Positions 1 to 12,900 are shown, counted from the stretch's first letter. The stretch: 64,000 nucleotides of DNA from Eledone cirrhosa (GCA_964016885.1 OZ024744.1:107446001-107510000); one strand, 5' to 3'. Made by a program: numbers and translations. Notes: generated by a model from the sequence alone, not told the origin.

Positions 1-1002
1 CTGATTGCCTTACTTACTACGCTGCCGCTGACTTGTACTGCTGGTCCCTCTATAGGGTCTACGTGGGGTAGGGTCTCTTCTTCCCATGCATTCTCCTCAT
101 TTAGTAATCTATCATAATGACTCTTCCATGCATCTTTCTTCTCAGCACTTGTGAGGGCAAGCTCACCTTTATCATTCCGGATACACTTCTCTCCAATGAC
201 ATCACAACTATCTCTGACACACTGCCTCGCAATCTTGAATACCTCCTGTTTCTGGTCCTCACGTTGTAAAACATGCTTGAATTTTCTATCCTCTGCTTCC
301 CTCCTAGCTAAGTATACTTGTCGCCTAGCTTCCCTCTTGGTCTCTATGTAATGTACCCTGCTCCCCCCGTTCTTCCATTCTTTCCATGCCTGTCTCTTGG
401 CCTTGACTGCTTCATCTACCTTATTGTTCCACCACCAAGTCACTCTCCTCCTGCTTGAGGTCTTACTCCAGCCACAAACCTCATCCGTCGCCTCTAGTAA
501 GTTATTTTTTAGGAACTCCCAGTTCTCTTCTACGTTAAATGTCTCTATCTGTTCTTCTTTACTGTCGTAGGCGTTGAGTAAAATATCTTTAAATCTGTTA
601 CTGGTTGAGGGGACTTTCAGCTTCCAGATCTTTCTTCTCCAGGTTGGCCTCTGTTTCAGGGCTCGTCTAGTTCTGACCGTGAGGTCGCTGACAACTAAGC
701 TATGTTGGGATGTACATTCCTCACTAGGGAAGGCTTTTGTGTTTACGACCGTCCATCTGTCACGTCCTCTGATGAGGATAAAATCTAACTGACTAGAGTG
801 CTCCCCTGATCTATAGGTGATCAGGTGGTTGTCGGGTTTTTTAAAGTTTGTGTTACATATCGACATGTCATTGGCGTCGCAGAATTCTAGAAGTCTGAAT
901 CCTTCCTCATTCCTTGTGCCAACTCCATGGCCTCCATGTACTCTATTGAAGCCGTCGCAGTGTTTACCTACGTGTCCGTTAAAATCTCCTGCAATGATTA
1001 GG
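1..1002 (-). mobile_element. RTE-clade LINE fragment (APE endonuclease C-terminus plus linker up to the start of RT), cut by an assembly gap
   Basis: The reverse strand is colinear with the RTE copies at 21800-22650 and 28900-29520 (LIIAGDFNGHVG, SQLDFIL, RVTWWWN, EVFKIARQCVR-type motifs). It is a diverged sister family. Confidence 0.85.
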
Positions 1003-1202
1003 NNNNNNNNNNNNNNNNNNNNNNNNNNNNNNNNNNNNNNNNNNNNNNNNNNNNNNNNNNNNNNNNNNNNNNNNNNNNNNNNNNNNNNNNNNNNNNNNNN
1101 NNNNNNNNNNNNNNNNNNNNNNNNNNNNNNNNNNNNNNNNNNNNNNNNNNNNNNNNNNNNNNNNNNNNNNNNNNNNNNNNNNNNNNNNNNNNNNNNNNNN
1201 NN
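1003..1202. other. Assembly gap (200 N)
   Basis: Run of N; contiguity across it is not guaranteed. Confidence 0.99.
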
Positions 1203-1527
1203 AGAGCATTGGCCTTGCAATTGAAAGGTTGTGAGTTCAATTCTCAGACCGGGTGATGTGTTGTTTCCTTGAGCAAGACACTTTATTTCACATTGCTCCA
1301 GTTTACTCAGCAGTAGAAATGAGATGATAGGGACTGGGGTCCATATCATTCCACTGTAAAGTGGTCGTGGAGGTGCCACGGCAAAAAGCACCCAGCACTC
1401 ACTGTAAATGAGGTTGGTGTTAGGAAGGGCATCCAGCTGTAGAAATCAAGCCAGAATCAGTTCCCGTCCCACCCTTGCAAGCAGGGAAAAGTGGACGTAA
1501 AATGAAATGATGATGATGATGATGATG
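1203..1527 (+). mobile_element. tRNA-derived SINE with an RTE-derived 3' end and (ATG)n tail
   Basis: B-box-like GAGTTCAATTC and a CORE/V/Meta-like motif TCCTTGAGCAAGACACTT. The 3' end CCACCCTTGCAAGCAGGGAAAAGTGGACGTAAAATG+(ATG)n nearly matches the RTE 3' end at 9799-9885. Confidence 0.8.
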
Positions 1528-1900
<373 letters not shown>

Positions 1901-1943
1901 CGATATTAAATAAATGGAAACTATATTTATAAAACCATATTTA

Positions 1944-2004
1944 TTTCATTATATATATTTCAGGGATATCATATTAACAATATGTTATGCCTTCCTCAGA
2001 CAAA
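1944..2004 (-). ncRNA. Minimal type-I hammerhead ribozyme motif (family D)
   Basis: Minus strand: UUUUGU-CUGAGGA-AGGCAUAACAUAUU(GUU)AAUAUGAUAUCCCU-GAAA-UAUAUAU-A^AUGAAA, then AAUAAA. Homologous to 25988-26046 and 26374-26432. Confidence 0.65.
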
Positions 2005-2156
2005 ATACAATATAGACAGTTTTATAGAAAATATACCTTTCATATCGTAAAATATACTTTTCATATCGTAAATATACTCCAAATACTTGTTGAGTGCTTT
2101 TATATCAGTTATAAATATTTACTAGTTGTAACCCAACAATTTAAATATAACTTTCC

Positions 2157-2252
2157 ATATACATATATATATATATATATTCATATATATATACATGTAT
2201 GTATATATACACATATATATATATATATATATACATATATGTATATATACAC

Positions 2253-2319
<67 letters not shown>

Positions 2320-3040
2320 CATATATATATACATATATATATATATACATATATATATATATTCATATATATATATTCATATATATATATATATATATAT
2401 AATACATATATATATATATATATATATTCATATATATATATATTCATATATATATATATATATATATTCATATATATATATATTCATATATATAATATAT
2501 ACATATATATATACACATATATATATACATATATATATAATACATATATATATACATATATATATATATACATATATATATACATATATATATATACATA
2601 TATATATATACATATATATATACATATATATATATATACATATACTATACATATATATATATATATACATATATATATACATATATATATACATATATAT
2701 ATACATATATATATACATATATATATACATATATATATATACATACATATATATATACATATATATATATACATACATATATATATACATATATATATAT
2801 ATACATATATATATATACATATACATAAATATATACATATATACATATACATATATATATACATATACATATATATATACATATACATACATATACATAT
2901 ATATATATATATACATATATATATATTCATATATATATACATATATATATACATAGATATATATATATATACATATATATATATTCATATATATATACAT
3001 ATATATATACATAGATACATATATATATATACATAGATAC

Positions 3041-3073
<33 letters not shown>

Positions 3074-3084
3074 CATATATATAG

Positions 3085-3171
<87 letters not shown>

Positions 3172-3285
3172 TATATACATATATATATATATGTATACAT
3201 ATATATATATATACACATATATATATACACATATATATATACATATATATATATACATATATATATATACATATATATGTATATA

Positions 3286-3318
<33 letters not shown>

Positions 3319-3340
3319 GTGTATATATATATATATATAT
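2157..3340. repeat. (TA)n/(TACA)n microsatellite field
   Basis: Direct reading. Confidence 0.97.
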
Positions 3341-3493
3341 AGAGATTTTGAGTATATGTTGGTTGTATACCAACACCTCAGTATGCAGGCTGGAGCACTC
3401 GAAGAAGTGCGCAGGTTGGTTTGGTTACTCCTGGGAAATGTAAAATAAAGTAAAATAAATAAGTCAAATGTTTAAAATTTAGCTTCGTTTATT

Positions 3494-3548
3494 ACTGCTA
3501 TATATATTTCGGTGACAGTCATCTTTGGCTGTGACCTCTTCAGGCAGT
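3494..3548 (-). ncRNA. Minimal type-I hammerhead ribozyme (family A), minus copy
   Basis: ACUGC-CUGAAGA-GGUCACAG..CUGUCACC-GAAA-UAUAUAU-A^GCAGU. Confidence 0.75.
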
Positions 3549-3683
3549 CCGAATTAGTGTGGTATAGAGAAGTACATATGTTGTTGAGGTGTATATGATT
3601 CCAGTTCCTCAGTGAAATAACAACCCAACCAGGAACTGGGCATATCAGAGTATTGACAAAATTATACACCTCAACAACATATG

Positions 3684-3738
3684 ACTGCCTGAAGAGGTCT
3701 CAGCCAAAGATGACTGTCACCGAAATATATATAGCAGT
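3684..3738 (+). ncRNA. Minimal type-I hammerhead ribozyme (family A), plus copy
   Basis: Stem I ACUGC/GCAGU, core CUGAAGA + GAAA, palindromic stem III AUAUAUAU, triplet AUA (cut after 3733), AATAAA immediately downstream. Confidence 0.72.
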
Positions 3739-3784
3739 AATAAACGAAGCTAAATTTTAAACATTTGACTTATTTATTTTACTT

Positions 3785-3859
<75 letters not shown>

Positions 3860-3879
3860 TATATTCATATTTATATACA

Positions 3880-5080
3880 TATCATCATCAATATTATCGT
3901 TTAGCATCCATATTCCACGCTTGCGTGGGTTTGGACGGGAATTTTCCCACTTGAGGCGAGAGTGGTTGTCTTACTCGCATAAGACTGTCTGGCGGGTTTT
4001 CTACGGCCTGATGTCCTTTATAACACCAACCACATTTACAGTGTGGGGCTGGGAGGTTTTTACCGTGTTACCTACAAGGCCACATTACAGCGTGGACTGT
4101 GTGTTTTTTTTGTCATGACACCTACACGACCTCATTTTTTTCGGGCTGGATGTTGTGGCACCAACATAACTTTACATTGAAAGGGGTGGGGTGGTGTGGG
4201 GGTGGTGGGACGGGGGTTTATTTTGTTAGAGGTGCCTACTGACTGTAGTAGGTTTCACTTTGTACTTAGGTAAGGCGGGTCTTCTCTATTACTGTATAGC
4301 GCCAAAGCTCCCGGTCCTGTGACATTGTCTTGGAGAGGTGTAAGTGTGTGAGGTCGGAATTTATCAAGTCGTTTTTATACAGCTGTCGTCTTTCATGCAG
4401 CTGTCGTCTTTCATGCGCATCATGTGACCATACCAACGTAGTCTTCTCTCGAGTAAACAACATCTGATCCCTCTTATTTCTAATTTTCCCCTTCGTTTAT
4501 GCTTTGCCGTTCATGTATATTACTAATACACATCCAGCGGAGCATGCAAGCTTCGTTCCTCTCCAGTCTGCGTATATCCTCTGCACACAATGCCCAGGTC
4601 TCACTGCCATGCAGCATTGCTGTTCGTATGCAGGCATCGTACAGCCTGTCTTCATTTTTAGGGAGAACCTTTTAGCGGCTAATAGTGGTATAAGCTCTCT
4701 GAACTTTTTCCATCCAGTTCTGACTCTAGCTACTGTACTTTCAGAGCACCCTCCCCCACTGCTGATTTTGTCACCCAGGTAACGGAAGCTGTCCACTATT
4801 TCTATAGAACCCTCTGCGCAATTGAAAGAGCTAGTATTTTGTTGGCACTTGCTGCTACTTATTGCACCAGAGCACCGGCCACATGTAAAATCTATGTTCT
4901 TAGTTAGCTTACCTGTGATCCCACTACATCTTTTATGCACCCATACTTTGCATTTAGGACATAAAATGGAGTTTCTACCTACGCCTTTCCTACACACTGA
5001 GCATGGCCATTTCCTGGATGGGACCGGCGCCCTATTTTCCTTCCTACAAACTAGAACTTTAGTCTTAGACAGGTTAATTT
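3880..5080 (-). mobile_element. RTE LINE family A, 5'-truncated 3' fragment with internal deletion
   Basis: ORF 4497-5216 carries INLSKTKVL, a C4HC3 finger and FRYLG; the C-terminus is ELWRYTVIEKTRLT. The 3' UTR and (CAT)n tail are shared with the copies at 19780 and 26931. Confidence 0.9.
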
Positions 5081-5118
5081 GTATATGTATATATATATAT
5101 ATATATACATATTTATAA

Positions 5119-5176
<58 letters not shown>

Positions 5177-5245
5177 TTATAAACATATATATATATATAT
5201 TAGTGAAAAAGAACAAAGGAACTATTATGACATTATAACAACTTT

Positions 5246-5296
5246 ATTGACGACAGCCGTTTCGTCCGACCACACGGTGGGACTTATCAAGGCATA
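5246..5296 (-). ncRNA. Hammerhead-like motif with U3-A8 core variant (family E)
   Basis: UAUGCC-UUGAUAA-GUCC(CACCGUGUGGUC)GGAC-GAAAC-GGCU-GUC^GUCAAUAAA. Stem I is imperfect. Confidence 0.55.
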
Positions 5297-6622
5297 TAAC
5301 ATGTGATTGTAAGATCATTATTTACATCAACGTATCACTTAAGGCTAGCAGTTTGAAATTGTGGTATACATCAGCAACTCCGCTTGTATAGTTGGGGTCT
5401 ATATTCTAATGGGGCTCTTTTATATTAGTTGTCGGGGTCAGGGATTGAAGTTTAAAAATTAGATAATATATAATTTACGCATTAACAGACTTGGGGTCCC
5501 GTAGAAGCACCTTAGAAAATCCTCAATAAGTGCATAAAGCTTACAGGCTCCAATAAACCTACTAGACTAGAAAAAATTAAGAGGCTAATAAAATAAAAAA
5601 TAAAAATATAAAGTTTCCCTAAAAAATATATAAAGTTTCCTATGAAATTCCTTCTAGAGAAAAAAATTTTTTTCCGAAAGAAAAAAACTTTCTTCCCCCG
5701 AGGTCACGTTTACAAATTTCAGAAAACTTACGAAGTTTTGATATTCCCTTCTAAGTTGAAAGAAACTAATCAATTGAAGGTTAATTCAAAGAGCCTTCTA
5801 TAATTCTCTCAGAAAAGCCCCTTTAATATTTTTAATAGGAACTTCTTCCGAGAGACCCTTCGAAGAATTAAAATTTTAAAGAGCCTTTAAGGATATATAT
5901 AAAAAACGAATTGAGGAAAATGATACATTAAAAGTTAAAAATTACGGTATTTGGGATATCCGAGGAATTTTCAAAGGGCTGCTTCAACAGATACAACTTA
6001 GGCATAATAGATACAATAATTTAAGTAATTTAAGTAATTTAATTAGGGAGCAATTCAAGGAGTTTATCAAGTTGGGCAAGATTAAAGAAAGTGGTAAATA
6101 AGAAAATACATAAGCAAAAAGACAATAATTATAAAATGTATTTTTAAGAAGGTATAAGGTAGCTTCAGTAATCTAACAATGTATTATCACAAACAATTAT
6201 TATAAAATTATTGATACAGGATTAACAAAGACATAATAATATATATTCCTGCCTAATTAACAAGTAATCAAAACACTATTAACAGTCAGGCAAAATTAGC
6301 TCAGGGATATCCCGCGCTCGGATACTTTACACACACACAGCAACACATAGGATTAGCACAGACACAATGGTATATTCCTGCCTAATTAACAAACAATCAA
6401 TTAACAATTGATGGTCAAGAAGATGTACATATACATATTTATAAACATATATATATATATATATATATACATATTTATATACATATATATATATATATAT
6501 ACATATTTATATACATATATATATATACATATTTATATACATATATATATATACATATTTATATACATATATATATCAAGTAAGTATATTTTGAAACAGT
6601 GCGCAGGTTTGAAATTAGAAAA

Positions 6623-6704
6623 TAGAATAGCTTTCACCGTATTTTTGACTAAAGGAATTTCTAAAGGAATTCCTTTAGTCAAAAATACGGTGAAAGCTAT
6701 TCTA
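6623..6704. repeat. Perfect 37-bp inverted repeat with 8-nt spacer, between microsatellites
   Basis: 6623-6659 is the reverse complement of 6668-6704. Confidence 0.95.
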
Positions 6705-7976
6705 CATATATATATATATACATATGTATATACATATATATATATACAATGTATATACATATATATATACAATGTATATACATATATATATACAATGTAT
6801 ATACATATATATATATACAATGTATATGCATATATATACATATATATATATACATATGTATATACACACATATATGTATATACATATATATACATATATA
6901 CATATATATATACATATATATATAAATGTATATATATGTATATGTATATATATATATAAATGTATATATATATATAAATGTATATGTATATATATATATA
7001 TAAATGTATATATATATATAAATGTATATGTATATATATATATAAATGTATATGTATATATATATGTATATGTATATATATATATAAATGTATATGTATA
7101 TATATATATAAATGTATATATATATATATAAATGTATATATACATATATATATAAGTATATATATATATATAAATGTATATATACATATATATATATACA
7201 TATATAAATGTATATATATATAAATGTATATATATACATATATAAATGTATATATATACATATATATAAATGTATGTATATATATAAATGTATGTATATA
7301 TATAAATGTATGTATATATATAAATGTATATGTACATATATATATATGTATATATTTATATGTACATATATAAATGTATATATACATATATATATACATA
7401 TACATATATATGTATATATATAAATGTATATGTACATATATATATATGTACATATATATATATATGTATATATTTTATATGTACATATATATATGTATAT
7501 ATTATATGTATATATATATAAATGTATATGTACATATATATAGATATGTATATATTTATATGTATATATATATAAATGTATATGTACATATATATAGATA
7601 TGTATATATTTATATGTATATATTTATATGTATATATATATAAATGTATATGTACATATATATATATGTATATATTTATATGTACATATATATATATGTA
7701 TATATTATATGTACATATATATATGTATATATTATATGTACATATATATATGTATATATTTATATGTACATATATATATATATATGTATATATTTATATG
7801 TATGTATATATATATATGTATATATTTATATGTGCATATATATATGTATATATTTATATGTGCATATATATATGTATATATTTATATGTACATATATGTA
7901 TATATATAAATGTATATGTACATATATATATATATGTATACATATAAATGTATATGTATATATATATAAATGTATA
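6705..7976. repeat. Degenerate (TA)n/(TATG)n microsatellite field
   Basis: Direct reading. Confidence 0.96.
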
Positions 7977-8049
7977 TGGAGGCACATGGCTTAGTGGCTA
8001 GAGCACTGGCCTTGCAATCAAAATGTTGTGACTTCAATTCTCAGACCGG
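7977..8049 (+). mobile_element. tRNA-like SINE head (Pol III A/B boxes)
   Basis: A box TGGCTTAGTGG and B-box-like GACTTCAATTC. Its distal part matches the SINE at 1203-1251. Confidence 0.75.
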
Positions 8050-8069
8050 ATGAGAATTGAACTCACAAC

Positions 8070-9831
8070 ATTGAGTCATTATGAGAGTTTCATGAATGTG
8101 GAGAACAAATGGGAGAGAGAGAAATTATCCTCAGTAGATCCGACAGAGGTACCAGCTATTGAGATTGGCGAATATAGGGTCCAAGAGGCAATTAGGGAAA
8201 TTAAAAATGGTAAGGCTTCTAGACCATTGGGGATAGTTGCTGAGATGCTGAAGGCATCAGGGGACGTAGGCACTAAACTGGTTACACGCATCATCAATCA
8301 GGCTATATATGGTGGTGTCATACCCAAAGACTGGTGCAGCAGTATTCTCATAAATTGCTACAAAGGTAAAGGGGAAGCTCTGGAGAGGAGCAATTATAGG
8401 GGTATAAAACTGATGGATCAGGTTATGAAAGTGGCAGAAAGGATATTAGCACAACTAATTAGAGAAAGGGTCAAACTAGATGAGATGCAGTTTGGTTTTG
8501 TGCCTGGCAAGAGTACAACAAATGCCCTCTTCTTGGTGAGACAATTACAAGAGAGGTTCTTAGAGAAGAATAAGCCACTATACTTAGTCTTTGTTGACCT
8601 AGAGAAGGCCTTTGATAGGGTACCCTGATCTGTCATCTGGTGGTCCCTAAGGAAACTAGGTGTTGAGGAATGGCTTCTGAGGACAGTGCAAACTTTGTAC
8701 AGAGGTACTGTCAGTAAAGTCAGGGTAGGAATGGAGTTTAGTGAGGAATTCCAAATACAAGTAGGAGTACATCAAGGTTTGGTCCTCAGCCCGCTCTTGT
8801 TCATTATAGTCCTCCAAGCCATAACAAGAGTTTAAGACTGGCTGTCCATGGGAACTTCTCTATGCTGACGATCTGGTTCTTATAGCAGAATCAGTAGAGG
8901 AGCTAGAGAATAAATTCTGGCTATGGAAACAGCAGTTGGAAGCAAGAGGACTGAGAGTGAACCTAGCTAAGACAAAAGTGTTGATGAGTAGAAAAGAGGA
9001 CAAAACCCTGATTCCGTCAGGGAAATGGCCATGTTAGATATGCAGAAAAGGAACTGGCATAAATTCTATAAAATGCACACAATGCAGATCCTAGGTACAC
9101 AAGAGATATAGCGGGATAGCAGGCAAACTAACAGGTAGGGAGAAATACATATGCAGTAGATGTACAGGGAAATTAGACAGTAGAAGTCGCATTGATACAC
9201 ACATTTTTCAAATGCAGGCGGGTGCTATAGAAGTGGTTGATAGCTTCCGGTACCTAGGAGATCAGATTAGCATGGGAGGGGGTTGTTCCGAGGCCATAGT
9301 ATCTAGAATAAGGACGGGTTGGAAGAAGTTTAGGGAGCTGCTTCCTCTGCTGATGAAGAAGGGTTTCTCCCTGCGTACGAAAGGCCAGTTATATGATGCC
9401 TGTGTGAGAAGTGCGATGCTGCATGGTAGTGAGACAATGGCAGAGGATATGCGACGGCTGGAGAGAAATGAGGCAAGCATGCTCCGCTGGATGTGCAATG
9501 CCAATGTGCGTGAACAACCCAGCATGAATGTGTTGAGAGAGAAACTGTGTCTGAGAGGGATAGAACATAGTGTGCGAGAGAGGAGACTGAGGTGGTATGG
9601 ACATGTGATGAGCATGGAGGATGACCGATGGGTGAAGAAGTGCCAGGAAATGCCAGTTGAAGGAAGATGTGGTAGAGGTAGACCACAGAAAACATTTGGC
9701 GGAGATGGTGAGAACAGACCTCAGATCACTGAAGCTCACGGTGGAGATGACGAAGGACCGTAACAAGTGGAGAAATGCTGTGCTAAATAAGACCCGTTCC
9801 ACCCTTGGAAGCAGGGAAAAGCGGACGTAAA

Positions 9832-9885
<54 letters not shown>
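8070..9885 (+). mobile_element. RTE LINE family B, 5'-truncated and decayed (RT + Cys finger + C-terminus), (ATG)n tail
   Basis: [49 protein letters not shown], with stops and a frameshift. Confidence 0.93.
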
Positions 9886-9895
9886 TATATATATA

Positions 9896-11115
9896 TATAA
9901 TTGCGCAGAGGGTTCTATAGAAATAGTGGACAGCTTCCGTTACCTGGGTGACAAAATCAGCAGTGGGGTAGGGTGCTCTGAAAGTACAGTAGCTAGAGTC
10001 AGAACTGGATGGAAAAAGTTTAGAGAGCTTATACCATTATTAGCCGCTAAAGGGTTCTCCCTAAAAATGAAAGGCAGGTTGTATGATGCCTGCATACAAA
10101 CAGCAATGTTACATGGCAGTGAGACCTGGGCATTGTGTGCAGAGGATATACGCAGACTAGAGAGGAACGAAGCTTGCATGCTCCGCTGGATGTGTAATAG
10201 TAATATACGTGAACGGCAAAGCATAAGCGAACTAAGGAAAAAATTAGAAATAAGAGGGATCAGATGTTGTTTACTCGAGAGAAGGCTACGTTGGTATGGT
10301 CACGTGATGCGCATGAAAGACGACAGCTGTATAACAAAGTGCAGGGCAATAAAGATAGACGGTAGCCACGGAGTAGGCAGACCCAGAAAAACCTGGGACG
10401 ACTTGTTAAATTCCGACCTCACACACTTACACCTCTCCAAGACAATGTCACTGGACCGAGACCTTTGGCGGTACTCAGTAATAGAGAAGACCCGCCTTAC
10501 CTAAATACAAAGTAAAACCTACTACAGTCAGTAGGCATCTCTAACAAAATACACCCCTGTCCCACCACCCCCACCCCATCCACACCGCCCCCTTCTATGT
10601 AAAGTTATGTTGGTGCCACACCATCCAGGCCGAAACAAATGAGATCGTGTAGGTGTCAGGACAAAAAAACACACAGTCCACGCTGTAATGTGGCCGTGTA
10701 GGCAACACAGTAAAAACCTCCCAGCCCCACACTGTAAATGTGGTTGGTGTTAGGAAGGGCATCCAGCTGTAGAAAACCTGCCAGACAGTCCACGCTGTAA
10801 TGTGGTCGTGTAGGCAACACAGTAAAAACCTCCCAGCCCCACACTGTAAATGTGGTTGGTGTTAGGAAGGGCATCCAGCTGTAGAAAACCTGCCAGACAG
10901 TCCACCCTGTAATGTGGCCGTGTAGGCAACACAGTAAAAACCTCCCAGCCCCACACTGTAAATGTGGTTGGTGTTAGGAAGGGCATCCAGCTGTAGAAAA
11001 CCCGCCAGACAGTCCTATGCGAGCAAGACAATCACTCTTGCCTCAAGTGGGAAAACCCCCGTCCAAACCCATGCAAGCGTGGAACACGGACGTTAAACGT
11101 TGATGATGATGATGA
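9896..11115 (+). mobile_element. RTE LINE family A, 3' fragment in plus orientation
   Basis: ORF 9926-10504 is nearly identical to the C-terminal part of 20180-21322. Complete 3' UTR and (TGA)n tail. Confidence 0.93.
10673..11008 (+). repeat. 3 x 112-bp tandem repeat inside the RTE 3' UTR
   Basis: Units start at 10673, 10785 and 10897, bounded by ACAGTCC microhomology. Sibling copies carry one unit. Confidence 0.93.
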
Positions 11116-11130
11116 TATATATATGTATGT

Positions 11131-11600
11131 GCTGACTTTTGGGAGGCTCCCATACACCTCTGAGTTTTTCATCCACAGTGTATACTGATGAATGTTCAAA
11201 GCCATCCTCAGCATTCTCGTGTAGCACCCATCCCCCATCTGAGTGAGTTTCTTCGTCAGTGTCCCAGTCTCAGACCTGTACAGCAGCACAGACTCCACCA
11301 CAGCAATGAAGAGGCGGATCTTCAGGTCTCTACGAAGTCAGCTCAAAAGTGACACAGTGGAGACTGAGGTTAGCTGGACATGCTCACTGACATCCACAGT
11401 TGACATTGCACTCAGTGCTCCTGTGGGAGCCCCTACATGGACACACTAGAAGAGGAAGACCGAGGTTAACATATGTTGATGCCCTAAGGACAGACACTGG
11501 TCTGTTGGAGACGCAGGACATGGCAGCGTTAATGAGGGACAGAGACCGCTGGAGAGAACTCGTCCATGGATCTCGGGAATTTTACCCGCCCTAGATAGAT
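11131..11600 (+). mobile_element. RTE/RTEX-like LINE 3' end with inverted 5' segment (11131-11334 on minus, 11335-11594 on plus)
   Basis: Minus piece: VESVLLYRSET..DGCYTRMLR..YGSLPKVS. The plus piece continues VSSKVTQWRLRLAGH..LLWEPLHG..RGRP..DRDRWRELV. Confidence 0.8.
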
Positions 11601-11701
11601 ATGTGTATGTATATATATATTTACATATGTGCATATGGATATACGTATATGTGTATGTATATATGTGCACGTGCATGTATATATGTATGTATGTATGTAT
11701 G

Positions 11702-12900
11702 TGAAATCTCACTTAGGATTAGGAAAGCAAGTGATGCTTTCGGAAAGCTAGAAAGACTGTGGGGTCGGCGAGATATATGCAGGAAGACAAAGGTAAAGGT
11801 GTACAGGGCATGTGTGCTCTATTGTCTTCTTTATGCCTGCGAGACCTGGGTCATATATCAACACCATCTTAAGCAATTGGAGCGTTTCCACCTGATGTGT
11901 CTCAGACGGATCCATGGCGTTCACTGGAGGGACCACATCAGTGATGTCGAGATTTTGGAAAGCTCTCTGTGTGACAGTATTAAGCAATGACTCCGTTGGA
12001 GTGGTCACCTTGCCAGGATGAAGGATTCTAGAATACCAAAACAACTCTTTTATGGAGAGTTGGTTAAAGGAAAACGACCGCCACATAAACCAAAAAAGAG
12101 GTATAAGGATTTCTTGAAAGCCTCTCTGAAAGACGCTAACATCTCTGCTGCTACATGGGAAAATATTGCTGCTGATCGTGATAAATGGAGAAAGACTGTA
12201 TATGAGGGAAAAGTTGCCTTTGAGGCATTTCGAATTGCATACGAGAAAGTAAAGCGGGATGTGAGGAAGGGCATTGCTGTTGCACTTCCAGACGGCGAGG
12301 GTCCTCATATGGTGCTGACATGCAGCGTCTGTGCGAGACTCTGCCTAAGCAAAGCTGGACTCGAAAGTCATCTTCGCAGTCATAAAGTAAGACCAGTGGT
12401 TGACTACCAGGCTACTGTTGGAGATGCTACTCATCATGCTTGCCAAACATGTGGTAGAGAATGTAAATCAGCAGGAGGGCTCAAGCGACATGCAAAAGTA
12501 CACAAACTCCAACCACAGCCGACTATTCCCAGTGAATGTTTTGGTTGCCGACTCTGTGCAAGACATTTTAGATCATTGGCTGGGCTAAAAAGCCACATTC
12601 GATCGCAGCGCTGTTAGTTGCTATCGTGTGTGTGTATAGATATGTTTATGTGTGTGCGTGTATGTGTATATATATATATGTATATCTATATTATTATTGT
12701 TGTTGTCGTTATTATTGTTATTATTATTATTATTGTTATTAATGTATATGTGTGTGTATATATGTATGTGTATATGTGTATGTGTATATATATATATATA
12801 TATTTTTTTTTTTTAAATTTATTTATTTTTATTTATTTATTTATTAATTTTTTTTCTCCTCGTGCAATGGCCATACTCGATAACGAGGGGGCAGCCATCA
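11702..12900 (+). mobile_element. RTE LINE family C, 3' fragment ending in three C2H2 zinc fingers, followed by (ATGT)n
   Basis: EISLRIRKASDAFGKL, LLYACETW, RWSGHLARM, RIPKQLFYGEL, then CxxC..HxxxH fingers (the third is degenerate). 3' hairpin CTCG-ATAA-CGAG. Confidence 0.88.

Larger units (their letters stand above)
3441..3791. repeat. Inverted repeat (arms 3441-3549 / 3683-3791, with inner short arms 3575-3594 / 3664-3683)
   Basis: The arms are near-perfect reverse complements. Confidence 0.92.

Noticed and set aside
6668-6704. Hammerhead in the 37-bp hairpin (GAAAGCUAUUC)
   Set aside because: No CUGANGA-like core upstream.
7977-8049. tRNA gene
   Set aside because: No closed acceptor stem or terminator; it matches a SINE head.
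12018-12617. Host C2H2 zinc-finger gene
   Set aside because: Continuous with the RTE ORF2 C-terminus, with an upstream stop and a retroelement tail.
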